This document shows positions 8,375-15,937 of a stretch of 24,000 nucleotides of DNA, in pieces (the first letter of the stretch is position 1; every line of letters begins with the position of its first letter). The notes under the pieces were generated by a model that was not told the DNA's origin, searched no databases, and was given only the letters and a program-made list of their open reading frames with translations. The position numbers and the translations under genes are program-made. Source of the stretch: Opitutales bacterium (GTDB taxonomy: Bacteria; Verrucomicrobiota; Verrucomicrobiia; Opitutales; UBA953); assembly GCA_017935025.1 (NCBI GenBank), contig JAGBIL010000022.1, positions 5,273-29,272 of the forward strand, given 5' to 3'.

Positions 8375-9286
8375 ATGAAAATTGCGGTTGTCGGAGCCGG
8401 CGCGGTTGGCGCCTATCACGGAGTTTGCCTCGCACGCGCGGGACACGAAGTTCATTTTCTTCTGCGTAGCGATTACGAAATTGTGCGGGAACGCGGTTTT
8501 GAAATCCGCGATCGCGGAAATACGTTTACCGTTTCCGTGCACGCGCACAAAACGCCCGAAGAAATCGGCGTTTGCGACCTCGTTTTAATCGCGCTGAAAA
8601 CAACGGCGAACGCGCAGTTTCCGAAACTCCTCCCGCCGCTTTTCGGCGCGGGAACGACGGTTTTGACGCTGCAAAACGGACTCGGCAACGTCGAAGCACT
8701 CGGCGGACTTTTCGGCGCGGAAAACATCGTCGGCGGGCTTTGCTACGTTACGATTAACCGCCTTGCGCCCGGCGTTATCGCCAATCTCGGTGCGACGCGC
8801 CTGTGGCTGGGCGAGGGCGACGGCGGTGCGCCGAGGGAACGCACGCACGCGCTTGTGAAAATGTTCTGCGAAGCCGGACTTCCCGCCGAAGCGAAAACTT
8901 CGCTCGAAGAAACGCTTTGGAAAAAACTCTGCTGGAACATTCCGTTCAACGGGCTCGCGATTGCGGGCGGAAACATCGCGTGCGACGCGCTTTTGGCTTC
9001 GCCGGAACTCGTCGAACTCTCGTGGATTCTCATGCGCGAAATTCAGGCGGCGGCGCGTTCCCGCGGATGCGAAATTTCCGACGACCATTTGCAGAAACAA
9101 TTCGACGTTACCGCGCGCTGCGGCGCGTATTTGCCGTCGAGCCTGCTCGATTTCCGCGCCGGACGGGAAGTCGAAATCGAATCGATTTGGGGCGAACCGC
9201 TCCGTCGCGGCACCGCCAACGGCGTTCCCATGCCGCATCTCGAAACGCTTTATCTTTTGCTCAAAACGCTGTGCGCGAAGAATTAG
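8375..9286 (+). CDS. panE: 2-dehydropantoate 2-reductase (ketopantoate reductase)
   Basis: 303 aa. MKIAVVGAGAVGAYHG Rossmann N-terminus, LIALKT, and the C-terminal PSSLLDFRAGREVEIESIWGEPLRRG block. Confidence 0.85.
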   Translation: MKIAVVGAGAVGAYHGVCLARAGHEVHFLLRSDYEIVRERGFEIRDRGNTFTVSVHAHKTPEEIGVCDLVLIALKTTANAQFPKLLPPLFGAGTTVLTLQNGLGNVEALGGLFGAENIVGGLCYVTINRLAPGVIANLGATRLWLGEGDGGAPRERTHALVKMFCEAGLPAEAKTSLEETLWKKLCWNIPFNGLAIAGGNIACDALLASPELVELSWILMREIQAAARSRGCEISDDHLQKQFDVTARCGAYLPSSLLDFRAGREVEIESIWGEPLRRGTANGVPMPHLETLYLLLKTLCAKN

Positions 9287-9361
9287 GAAAAAATCCGTTT
9301 GTTCCGTTTTTTTTTTACAATAAACTTTTAACATTACACGCGCCGTAGGCGCTAAGAAAAA

Positions 9362-10249
9362 ATGCCCGCTCTTTCGACAAAAAACGGTTTTTGGACTTCG
9401 CCTCACGGGCGCGCGCTCCCGTGTGATTTCGCGAAACGCACCTTGCTGATGGGCATCGTGAATGCGACGCCGGATTCGTTTTCCGACGGCGGAAATTTCC
9501 TCGCTCCCGAAGCCGCGCGGGAACAGGCGTGCGCGCTGGTTGCGGCGGGCGCGGACGTTATTGACCTCGGCGCCGAGTCCACGCGTCCGGGCTCCGCTCG
9601 CGTGGGTGCGGACGAAGAATTGCGTCGGCTCATTCCCGCTTTGCGCGCTATTCGGGAAGCGCTTCCGCAAATTCCCGTTTCCGTTGACACTTCGCGTCCG
9701 GAAGTTGCCGAAGCCGCAATTCTTGCCGGCGCGGATATTATCAACGACGTTCTCGCTATCGGCGCGTTTGTCGCCGTTCCCGCCGATCCGGAAAGATATG
9801 AAATGGGGCAACTCGCCGCGCGCTTGGGCGCTCCGGTTATCGCGATGCACAACCGTCCGGCGGCAAACTACACGGATTTTTGGCAGGAATTTTTGAATGA
9901 TTTAACCGCCGGAATTGACCGCATTTTAAAAAGCGGCGTTCCCGCGAATCAGCTTTGGATTGATCCCGGTTTCGGCTTCGGAAAAACGCCGGAGCAAAAT
10001 CTGCAAATCGTGGCGCGCCTGCGGGAAATCGCCGCGCTCGGTTTCCCGGTTTTGCTCGGAACGAGCCGGAAAAGCACTCTGGGAATCGTTCTCGGCGGAA
10101 AACCTCCGCTGGAACGCACGGGCGGCGATTCCGCCTGCTGCGTGCTCGGCGCCTTTCACGGCGCGGCGTGCCTGCGCCTGCACGACATCGCCGCACACCG
10201 CGACACCGTAACCACCGCCGACGCCATCTCCCGCACGCTCTTTCCTTGA
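9362..10249 (+). CDS. folP: Dihydropteroate synthase
   Basis: 295 aa. MGIVNATPDSFSDGG and GADVIDLGAESTRPG signature blocks; DPGFGFGKT. Confidence 0.9.
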   Translation: MPALSTKNGFWTSPHGRALPCDFAKRTLLMGIVNATPDSFSDGGNFLAPEAAREQACALVAAGADVIDLGAESTRPGSARVGADEELRRLIPALRAIREALPQIPVSVDTSRPEVAEAAILAGADIINDVLAIGAFVAVPADPERYEMGQLAARLGAPVIAMHNRPAANYTDFWQEFLNDLTAGIDRILKSGVPANQLWIDPGFGFGKTPEQNLQIVARLREIAALGFPVLLGTSRKSTLGIVLGGKPPLERTGGDSACCVLGAFHGAACLRLHDIAAHRDTVTTADAISRTLFP

Positions 10250-10263
10250 CACATTAAAGGAGG

Positions 10264-10311
10264 TAAAGGAGCTTAACCTTCTTAAAGTCTTAACTCCTTA
10301 TATTCCTTTTC
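10264..10311 (+). terminator. Possible folP terminator hairpin
   Basis: aaggagcttaa (10266-10276) pairs with ttaactcctt (10290-10299) as a 10-bp stem with a 1-nt bulge and a 13-nt loop. A T-rich tail attccttttct follows. Confidence 0.4.
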
Positions 10312-10312
10312 T

Positions 10313-10872
10313 ATGCCTGAAGAACTCGTCCCGCATTGGGGAAATTACAAAAAGTTGCTCAGTTTTCAAAAAGCAGAGTGCATTTACGATCTGACATACT
10401 ACTTTTGCCGCAATTTTCTCAGAAAAAACGACCGCACCGTCGATCAGATGATTCAGGCGGCGCGTTCCGGAAAACAAATATTGTTGAGGGTAGTGCGGCG
10501 GCATCGACTTCCCGCGAAATGGAAATCAAGCTTCTAAACGTCGCAAAAGCCAGCCTCCACGAATTGCTCGCCGATTACGAAGATTTTTTGCGTTCCCGCA
10601 GTCATCGGCAGTGGGAAGAAAACTCCGTGGAACTTCTCAAGATGCGGGAACTCGGACGCGCCCGAAACGACTCTGCATTTTTTATGCGCCTTGCGTCCAC
10701 CCGTCCGCCGGAAACCATCGCCAATATGGCTATCGTTCTCATTAAACAGGCGGATTATCTGCTTTTTCGCCAGATTCAACGCGCAAGCGCAGAATTTCTC
10801 AAACACGGCGGTATGCGGGAACGCATGACCCGACTTCGTCTCCAAGCCCGCTCCCGCCAATCTCGTCCTTAA
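10313..10872 (+). pseudogene. Four-helix-bundle protein (23S rRNA intervening-sequence protein family), disrupted by a 1-nt frameshift
   Basis: ORF 10313..10537 ends ...DQMIQAARSGKQ and continues in the frame of ORF 10336..10872 as NIVEGSAAASTSREMEIKLLNVAKASLHELLADYEDFL. The family motif SGKQNI(A/V)EGS is restored by adding one A to the AAA run at 10476-10478. Confidence 0.7.
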
Positions 10873-10965
10873 TTGCACTTTCTCTTTAAACACGTCCTTC
10901 TCTTTAAACTCCTTATTTTTTACCCGAAAAGCACCGTCATTTATGCGGAGCCGGATGACAAAAAG

Positions 10966-10998
10966 CCCACCGAATTTCTCATTCGGTGGGCATCTTTT
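10966..10998. terminator. Intrinsic terminator hairpin (possibly bidirectional)
   Basis: cccaccgaat-ttctc-attcggtggg is a perfect 10-bp stem. It is followed by catcttttg on the plus strand and by ctttttgtc on the minus strand. Confidence 0.6.
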
Positions 10999-11206
10999 GT
11001 TGGACGATAGTCTAAGCGAGATTGAGGCTATTTTTCGAGCAAAATTTTCTCGCGGAGGCGCAGAGCGCTACGGGAACATCTTGAATCTTGCTTCCAATCA
11101 AGGATTCATTGTCGTTGTTTCGGTGTCTGGGAGGAAGTTTATCACTTGATTCTCCGTGGTTTTGCGTCTCAGTGAGCGCGTCAAAGACCACCGAATGAGA
11201 AATTCG
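10971..11206. repeat. 19-nt perfect inverted repeat pair bounding a ~200-bp segment at the left border of the island
   Basis: cgaatttctcattcggtgg (10971-10989) has its exact reverse complement ccaccgaatgagaaattcg at 11188-11206. The flanks are also partly similar. Confidence 0.6.
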
Positions 11207-11252
11207 CTGAGCACGAATCTATGAGAAAAACCCCTAACAAAAGAACAAATTT

Positions 11253-13430
11253 GTGACTTATTTTGAACAGGCTCTTCATTTCTTCGAAGCGGGAAAGCTC
11301 GAAGAAGCACGTAAATATTTCGGCTACGCAAAGAATTTCGGTAGCGAAAACGAAAAGCAACGTGCGACTGAAATTCTCGAACAAATTAACGCGGGAACGG
11401 CAAATGTTGACTCGCTCATTCATGAGAATGCGTTGGCACGGCCGGCAAAAACCTTACTCGAAGAAAAACTCTACGCGCTCGCGTTGGAAAAACTGCTTGC
11501 GCTTGGGGATTCCGCAAGTGCCGAGGAGCTTTATTACCTCGGCGTTTTGCACGATGACTTCGGCATGGGAATGCCGAACGATCCGGGAAAAGCGCGTGCG
11601 TATTTCAAAAAATCATTCGACCTCGGCTATGCCGATGCCGGCGTCGGATATGTTTATGTAGGGACAGACGAAGATGAAGCCCCTGAACCGCTTAGCACAG
11701 AACAAAGGAAACTGTTAGAAAAAGCGGCAAAACGAGGAAGCATCCGGGCAAAAGCTTGGTTGCTAATAGACGATCTCGTCGTGTGCCTGAAAGAAAATGC
11801 GTCAGAAGAAGAAATTGAGACGGCAAAACAACGTTACGAACAATTTTTAGAAAAAACGGAATCTGATGATCCTTTCATATTGCTTCTTTCGGGAAAAGCG
11901 AGTTTAAGAAACGGTGTGCCCACTGTACGGGCTCGCGGATTTGAAATATTGCTTAATCTGCGAAATTATTGGGAAACCGACATTGCGGACATTGCATGGG
12001 TATGGATTGGTGAATGTTTCCGCGACGGAATTTATGTGTCACAAGATTTGGATGAGGCAAAATTTTGTTTTAATAAAATCGTAGAAATCGGAAAAAAAGA
12101 AGTTTCCGAAGAAGTGCGGGAATTCCTTTCCGGAAATTGGAGAGACGAGCCTTTGGAAGACGAGGATGCCGGGGAATGGGCGGTTGGGAAGATGAACGAA
12201 AAACTCCGCCAAATCGAAGAAGCTCTCTTTTTCGCCCGCCAAATGTGGCTGTATGATTTAGGGGAATCCAATAAGGACGAATGCAATGTAGAAGAATTTA
12301 GCCACATTCTTTCGGAGTGGACTGGTATGGTAGGGGCGTTGGAAACCGTCAAAAATCTTATCGGCGATTTGGGAAACATATTTAAAACGCACTTTGGAAT
12401 TTCTGACGCGGCGGAAATCTTGAATCAAAAAATCAGAAAAGAATTTACCGCGCTCAAAAAAGTTATCGAAGAAATGAATTGGGACTTAGCCAAATACAAA
12501 TTGCAGGCGGATAGCGACGGGATGATTGAAAATCTTAGAGGTCTGCTGTCGGCTTCAAAAATCGCCAAGAAACATACGACACGTTTTCTTGAGGCGAAAG
12601 AAGCTTTCATCGAAACGTTAAAGGAAACGTTAAAGAATACCGTTGTCGTCCTTATTTCCGAAGAGGACGAAAAAAGGACATCTAATACTAATGATTTCGA
12701 TTCTCTCTTTTCTTCACTCAAAAGCCCCTGGGGTCGATCAATCGCTTTTAAGATTAAGGATCTTCTTTTTACGGCTCATGCTTCTTGGAAAATGAGGATG
12801 ACCAACAAAAAAGTCGGAAACACCTCATTCGAAATTCCGGATTCATGGAAAGAAGATGCGTCACTCGCATTCAAAAAAATGATCGAAGATTGGGATGTTG
12901 ATTGCTTTAGGAAAGAAATTAAAGAACTTCTTAATGGCGTCGATTGCCTTTCGGTCGTAGGAAAGGATTTAAAAAAACTCTATCACGTCCTTAAAGAAAT
13001 GCAACACACCCTCCATGAGCGACAAACAGGCGGGGCTGATGAACCTGTCGTTTTGGAAAATTACTCAGAAATAGAAGCACGTTTTTTCGCATTCCAAAAC
13101 GACTTTTTAGAGGTCGTATGGGAAGCACTCCGTGAGGACGATGAATATTACAGAGACGAGAATGATGACGATCTCGAAGAATGCGACGATGAAGAAAATA
13201 ACGAGGAATCGTACGAAGACGACGAGGAAGATGAGGAATACGACGAAGATTCCGATGACGGAGAAGACGACGATGAGTACGAGGAAGAGGGTGATGACGA
13301 CGGGGAGGATGAGGACGAGGATGAAGAAGACGACGCTTACGTTTTTTGCATTTCCTGCGGAGCGAGAAATCCGGAAGGTGCAAATTTCTGCTACAAGTGC
13401 GGCGAGGAGATCTTTAGGGACGAAGATTAA
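11253..13430 (+). CDS. Large Sel1/TPR-repeat protein with central helical region, 67-aa poly-acidic tract and C-terminal CX2CX10CX2C zinc ribbon
   Basis: 725-aa ORF with a GTG start at 11253; TAA at 11235 closes the frame upstream. The N-terminus aligns to the start of the 16470 gene. Sel1-like units include LYYLGVLHDDFGMGMPNDPGKARAYFKKSFDLGYADA and WIGECFRDGIYVSQDLDEAKFCFNKIVEIG. The C-terminus is FCISCGARNPEGANFCYKCG. Confidence 0.8.
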   Translation: MTYFEQALHFFEAGKLEEARKYFGYAKNFGSENEKQRATEILEQINAGTANVDSLIHENALARPAKTLLEEKLYALALEKLLALGDSASAEELYYLGVLHDDFGMGMPNDPGKARAYFKKSFDLGYADAGVGYVYVGTDEDEAPEPLSTEQRKLLEKAAKRGSIRAKAWLLIDDLVVCLKENASEEEIETAKQRYEQFLEKTESDDPFILLLSGKASLRNGVPTVRARGFEILLNLRNYWETDIADIAWVWIGECFRDGIYVSQDLDEAKFCFNKIVEIGKKEVSEEVREFLSGNWRDEPLEDEDAGEWAVGKMNEKLRQIEEALFFARQMWLYDLGESNKDECNVEEFSHILSEWTGMVGALETVKNLIGDLGNIFKTHFGISDAAEILNQKIRKEFTALKKVIEEMNWDLAKYKLQADSDGMIENLRGLLSASKIAKKHTTRFLEAKEAFIETLKETLKNTVVVLISEEDEKRTSNTNDFDSLFSSLKSPWGRSIAFKIKDLLFTAHASWKMRMTNKKVGNTSFEIPDSWKEDASLAFKKMIEDWDVDCFRKEIKELLNGVDCLSVVGKDLKKLYHVLKEMQHTLHERQTGGADEPVVLENYSEIEARFFAFQNDFLEVVWEALREDDEYYRDENDDDLEECDDEENNEESYEDDEEDEEYDEDSDDGEDDDEYEEEGDDDGEDEDEDEEDDAYVFCISCGARNPEGANFCYKCGEEIFRDED
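13134..13334 (+). other. Poly-acidic low-complexity tract within the 725-aa protein
   Basis: By hand count, 51 of 67 residues are D or E (EDDEYYRDENDDDLEECDDEENNEESYEDDEEDEEYDEDSDDGEDDDEYEEEGDDDGEDEDEDEEDD). It sits directly before the zinc ribbon. Confidence 0.9.
13347..13400 (+). other. Zinc-ribbon module copy 1 (CX2CX10CX2C)
   Basis: C-IS-C-GARNPEGANF-C-YK-C at the C-terminus of the 725-aa protein. Confidence 0.75.
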
Positions 13431-13463
13431 CCCGAATATTTCAAAAACCAAAACCCTATAACA

Positions 13464-14225
13464 ATGACTAACACTTGGAAAAATCTTGTTCCCGTGGAAA
13501 TCGGGAAGTGGACGGGAACGGGCGACGTGATAACGCTCAACCTTGCTCGCGTGAAATCGCTTTTAATCGGCGGCGAATCCGGAAGCGGGAAATCTTGCCT
13601 GATTCGGCATATTCTCGCGACGCTCACGCGGGAACACACGCCGGAAGAAGTTTGCTTTCTCATCGCAGATCCGAAAATTGTCGAATATTCGGATTACGAA
13701 GATAGTCCGTATTTGCTACGTCCGGTCGTCACGGACGCAGAGTACATGGCGGAAACATTCGATTGGCTTTTTGCGGAATACGAGCGCCGCTTTAACCTTC
13801 TCGGAAAATACGGTTGTCGCAACATCGCTACGTTTAACGAAGCGGTTTGTGCGGGAACGATTTCCGAAGAAAAGCTTCCGAACATTGTTTTCGTTATTGA
13901 TGAATTTGCGGATTTCTTAATTCAAGATTTCGAAGGCTTTGAAGCTTCGATTGCGCGTCTTGCCGCACTCAGCCGTGCGTACGGAATTTTTCTCGTTCTT
14001 GCGACGCAGCACGCGGATCCGAAATGCGTTACAAACCTGATAAAAGCCAATTTGAACGCGCGCATCGCGTTTCGCACGGGAACGGCGAAAGCTTCAAAAG
14101 TCATCCTCGAACAATCCGGCGCGGAATCCCTGCGGGAACGCGAATTTCTCTATTCGCCCGACGCTACGGCTTCCGAAAACCCGACCGCCATAAAACTCCG
14201 CGCCTCCGAGTGTCCGGAGGAATAA
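13464..14225 (+). CDS. Stand-alone FtsK/SpoIIIE-family ATPase (motor domain only, 253 aa)
   Basis: Walker A GGESGSGKS (13572-13595) and Walker B IVFVIDEFADF. FtsK-like blocks IADPKIVEYSDYEDSPYLLRPVVTD, FAEYERRFNLLGKYGCRNIATFNE, YGIFLVLATQHAD and LIKANLNARIAFRTGT. No TM region and no gamma/KOPS-binding domain. Confidence 0.85.
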   Translation: MTNTWKNLVPVEIGKWTGTGDVITLNLARVKSLLIGGESGSGKSCLIRHILATLTREHTPEEVCFLIADPKIVEYSDYEDSPYLLRPVVTDAEYMAETFDWLFAEYERRFNLLGKYGCRNIATFNEAVCAGTISEEKLPNIVFVIDEFADFLIQDFEGFEASIARLAALSRAYGIFLVLATQHADPKCVTNLIKANLNARIAFRTGTAKASKVILEQSGAESLREREFLYSPDATASENPTAIKLRASECPEE

Positions 14226-14259
14226 AACACTTTCAACTTCTCTAATCCCGAACTCAAAA

Positions 14260-14952
14260 ATGTTCATTCCGATTAACACAGCTCCAAGTTTGGCAACGAT
14301 GGCAATTCTCGCCGCAATCACCATTGTTGAGGACGCTATTCCAAAATCGCGGGAAGACGCAAAGCGTAAGCTCGGGGCTGTTGTAAAAATCGTCGCAACC
14401 CTTGCCAAAGAAACCCTCAAGCGTAAGGTCGGAAAACCTTTGCTCGAAGATGCGGAACTCACGCTTGCGTGCTTGCAGGAGCGAGTTGAGGGAAATTTTC
14501 TCAAGGTTCAAACCGTTTCGGCGGGAACGGTCGTTATTTGCTCGCTCGCAAAAGGAATAACGCATCACTCCGGAATTTGGCTCGAAAACGGGACAATTTC
14601 CGAACTCGACGGCGACGGAAATTATCGTGCGGTCAATTTAGAAACGTTTCTTCGCGGGAACGAAGGCGAACGCTGGAGAGCTGGAACATTTGCCTATGCC
14701 GCGTGTAGTTTGCAGGGACAACCGCTGGGCTCGAATGATGTCGCCGAAATAGCCCAAAGCTTTCTCGGCAAAAAAACAAAATACAGCGTGGATGCCAACA
14801 ACTGCCACCGTTTTTCAACGGCATGCCACAGTGGCGGGGAGGCAGAAAACGTTTTCCGACCCAATGAAACTTTTTCAGTCGGAAAACTTCTCAACCGCAT
14901 TCTCTGCTTCCACAATAAAGAAAAAATCCGCTGGATACCGATTGTTGCATAA
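14260..14952 (+). CDS. Membrane-anchored LRAT-like (permuted NlpC/P60 papain-fold) protein
   Basis: 230 aa with a hydrophobic N-terminus (SLATMAILAAITIV). The His-then-Cys order is as in LRAT/H-rev107 enzymes: HHSGIW (His codons 14563-14568) and NNCHRF (Cys codon 14803-14805), compare NCEHF. Assignment is by motif only. Confidence 0.6.
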   Translation: MFIPINTAPSLATMAILAAITIVEDAIPKSREDAKRKLGAVVKIVATLAKETLKRKVGKPLLEDAELTLACLQERVEGNFLKVQTVSAGTVVICSLAKGITHHSGIWLENGTISELDGDGNYRAVNLETFLRGNEGERWRAGTFAYAACSLQGQPLGSNDVAEIAQSFLGKKTKYSVDANNCHRFSTACHSGGEAENVFRPNETFSVGKLLNRILCFHNKEKIRWIPIVA

Positions 14953-15005
14953 ACGAAACCGACGAAAACACAGGTAAAAATTGAAATCAATCAACAATCA
15001 ATGCC

Positions 15006-15890
15006 ATGACTCGCGATTTTATTCACCCTGCGGACAAAGAAGCTCTAAAAACGTTAAAAGATATTCCGGGCTTAGACCTTTTAATAAAAAAAGTCCTCGG
15101 GCTCTTTTCCGAAAACCAATATCGCGCTTTGTGCCTCGCAACAAAGGTGCGTCTATCTCCATCGCAACTTCCGGAGCTTTACAATAAATTACCTCCGATT
15201 TGTAAGCGCTTAGGAATATCCGTTCCCGAATTTTATTTGGAGGCAGATGTAAATCCGAATGCTTCTGCATTTGGTGATACGAATCCGATTATTTGCGTAA
15301 CTTCCGGTCTCATCTCCTCTATGACCGAAGAGGAAATTGAGTACGTTATTGCTCACGAATGCGGACACATCGCCTGCCACCATATGCTGTATCACACGCT
15401 CTCGAGAATTTTAATTCTCTGCGCCGATTCTTTGGATATTTTGGGAATGGCAATTAAACCGTTAATTTGGGCGTTACTAAAATGGCAACGTTGTAGCGAG
15501 CTCTCCGCAGATCGGGCTGCCGCATTTGCGCTCCGTAGCGTGGAATGGGTCGTTAACACTCAAATTCGTCTGTCCGGCGGACCTGCGGTATTAACCCAAC
15601 ATGTAAACATCGACGAATTTGTAAAACAGGCAGACGAGTTTGAAAACTACGGATCTAACATACTTAAGAGCTTGCTGAAAAACATTCTGGCTCTCGGAGA
15701 AACTCATCCGTTTGCCGCCGTACGCGTTAGGGAGATTTTGAAATGGAGCCACTCTTGGGAATATCGAAAACATATCAAAAACACCGAAGTCATTGACTGT
15801 TTAACAAATCAAAGCATTTGCCCTTGTTGCGGCAACGAAATCGAACCGGAATGGGCATTTTGTAAAAAGTGCGGAAACAAAATCCGGTAG
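15006..15890 (+). CDS. M48-family zinc metallopeptidase with C-terminal zinc ribbon
   Basis: 294 aa with HExxH in IAHECGHIACHH (15354-15368), a downstream glutamate-containing region, and the C-terminal CPCCGNEIEPEWAFCKKCG. Confidence 0.85.
   Translation: MTRDFIHPADKEALKTLKDIPGLDLLIKKVLGLFSENQYRALCLATKVRLSPSQLPELYNKLPPICKRLGISVPEFYLEADVNPNASAFGDTNPIICVTSGLISSMTEEEIEYVIAHECGHIACHHMLYHTLSRILILCADSLDILGMAIKPLIWALLKWQRCSELSADRAAAFALRSVEWVVNTQIRLSGGPAVLTQHVNIDEFVKQADEFENYGSNILKSLLKNILALGETHPFAAVRVREILKWSHSWEYRKHIKNTEVIDCLTNQSICPCCGNEIEPEWAFCKKCGNKIR
15819..15872 (+). other. Zinc-ribbon module copy 2 (CX2CX10CX2C)
   Basis: C-PC-C-GNEIEPEWAF-C-KK-C at the C-terminus of the M48 peptidase. Confidence 0.75.
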
Positions 15891-15937
15891 TTTTTTACTT
15901 CATCAATAAATCTCTAACCACAATCAAAATAAAAATT

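Noticed and set aside
8585-9850. 421-aa minus-strand ORF spanning panE and folP. Similar shadows occur at 199..939, 4352..5224, 5401..6135, 6813..7830, 21198..21734 and 22423..23283.
   Set aside because: Each overlaps a gene with clear family motifs on the other strand, crosses intergenic boundaries, and has an Arg-rich composition with no recognisable domains.
10943-11149. 68-aa plus-strand ORF in the left island border.
   Set aside because: It runs straight through the 10966-10990 terminator hairpin, has no recognisable motif or RBS, and lies in the inverted-repeat-bounded spacer.
13134-13334. The acidic tract as a DNA-level tandem repeat or VNTR.
   Set aside because: It is GAN-codon-rich but has no exact repeating unit of constant period. 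It is better described as protein-level low complexity.
13464-14952. FtsK-like ATPase plus papain-fold protein read as a remnant of a conjugative element (Tn916/ICE-like coupling protein plus cell-wall hydrolase).
   Set aside because: The window has no relaxase, VirB4/TcpF-like ATPase, integrase, oriT-like repeats or pilus/channel genes. The papain-fold protein has the LRAT-type His-then-Cys order, not an NlpC/P60 hydrolase layout. I keep this only as an alternative to test.
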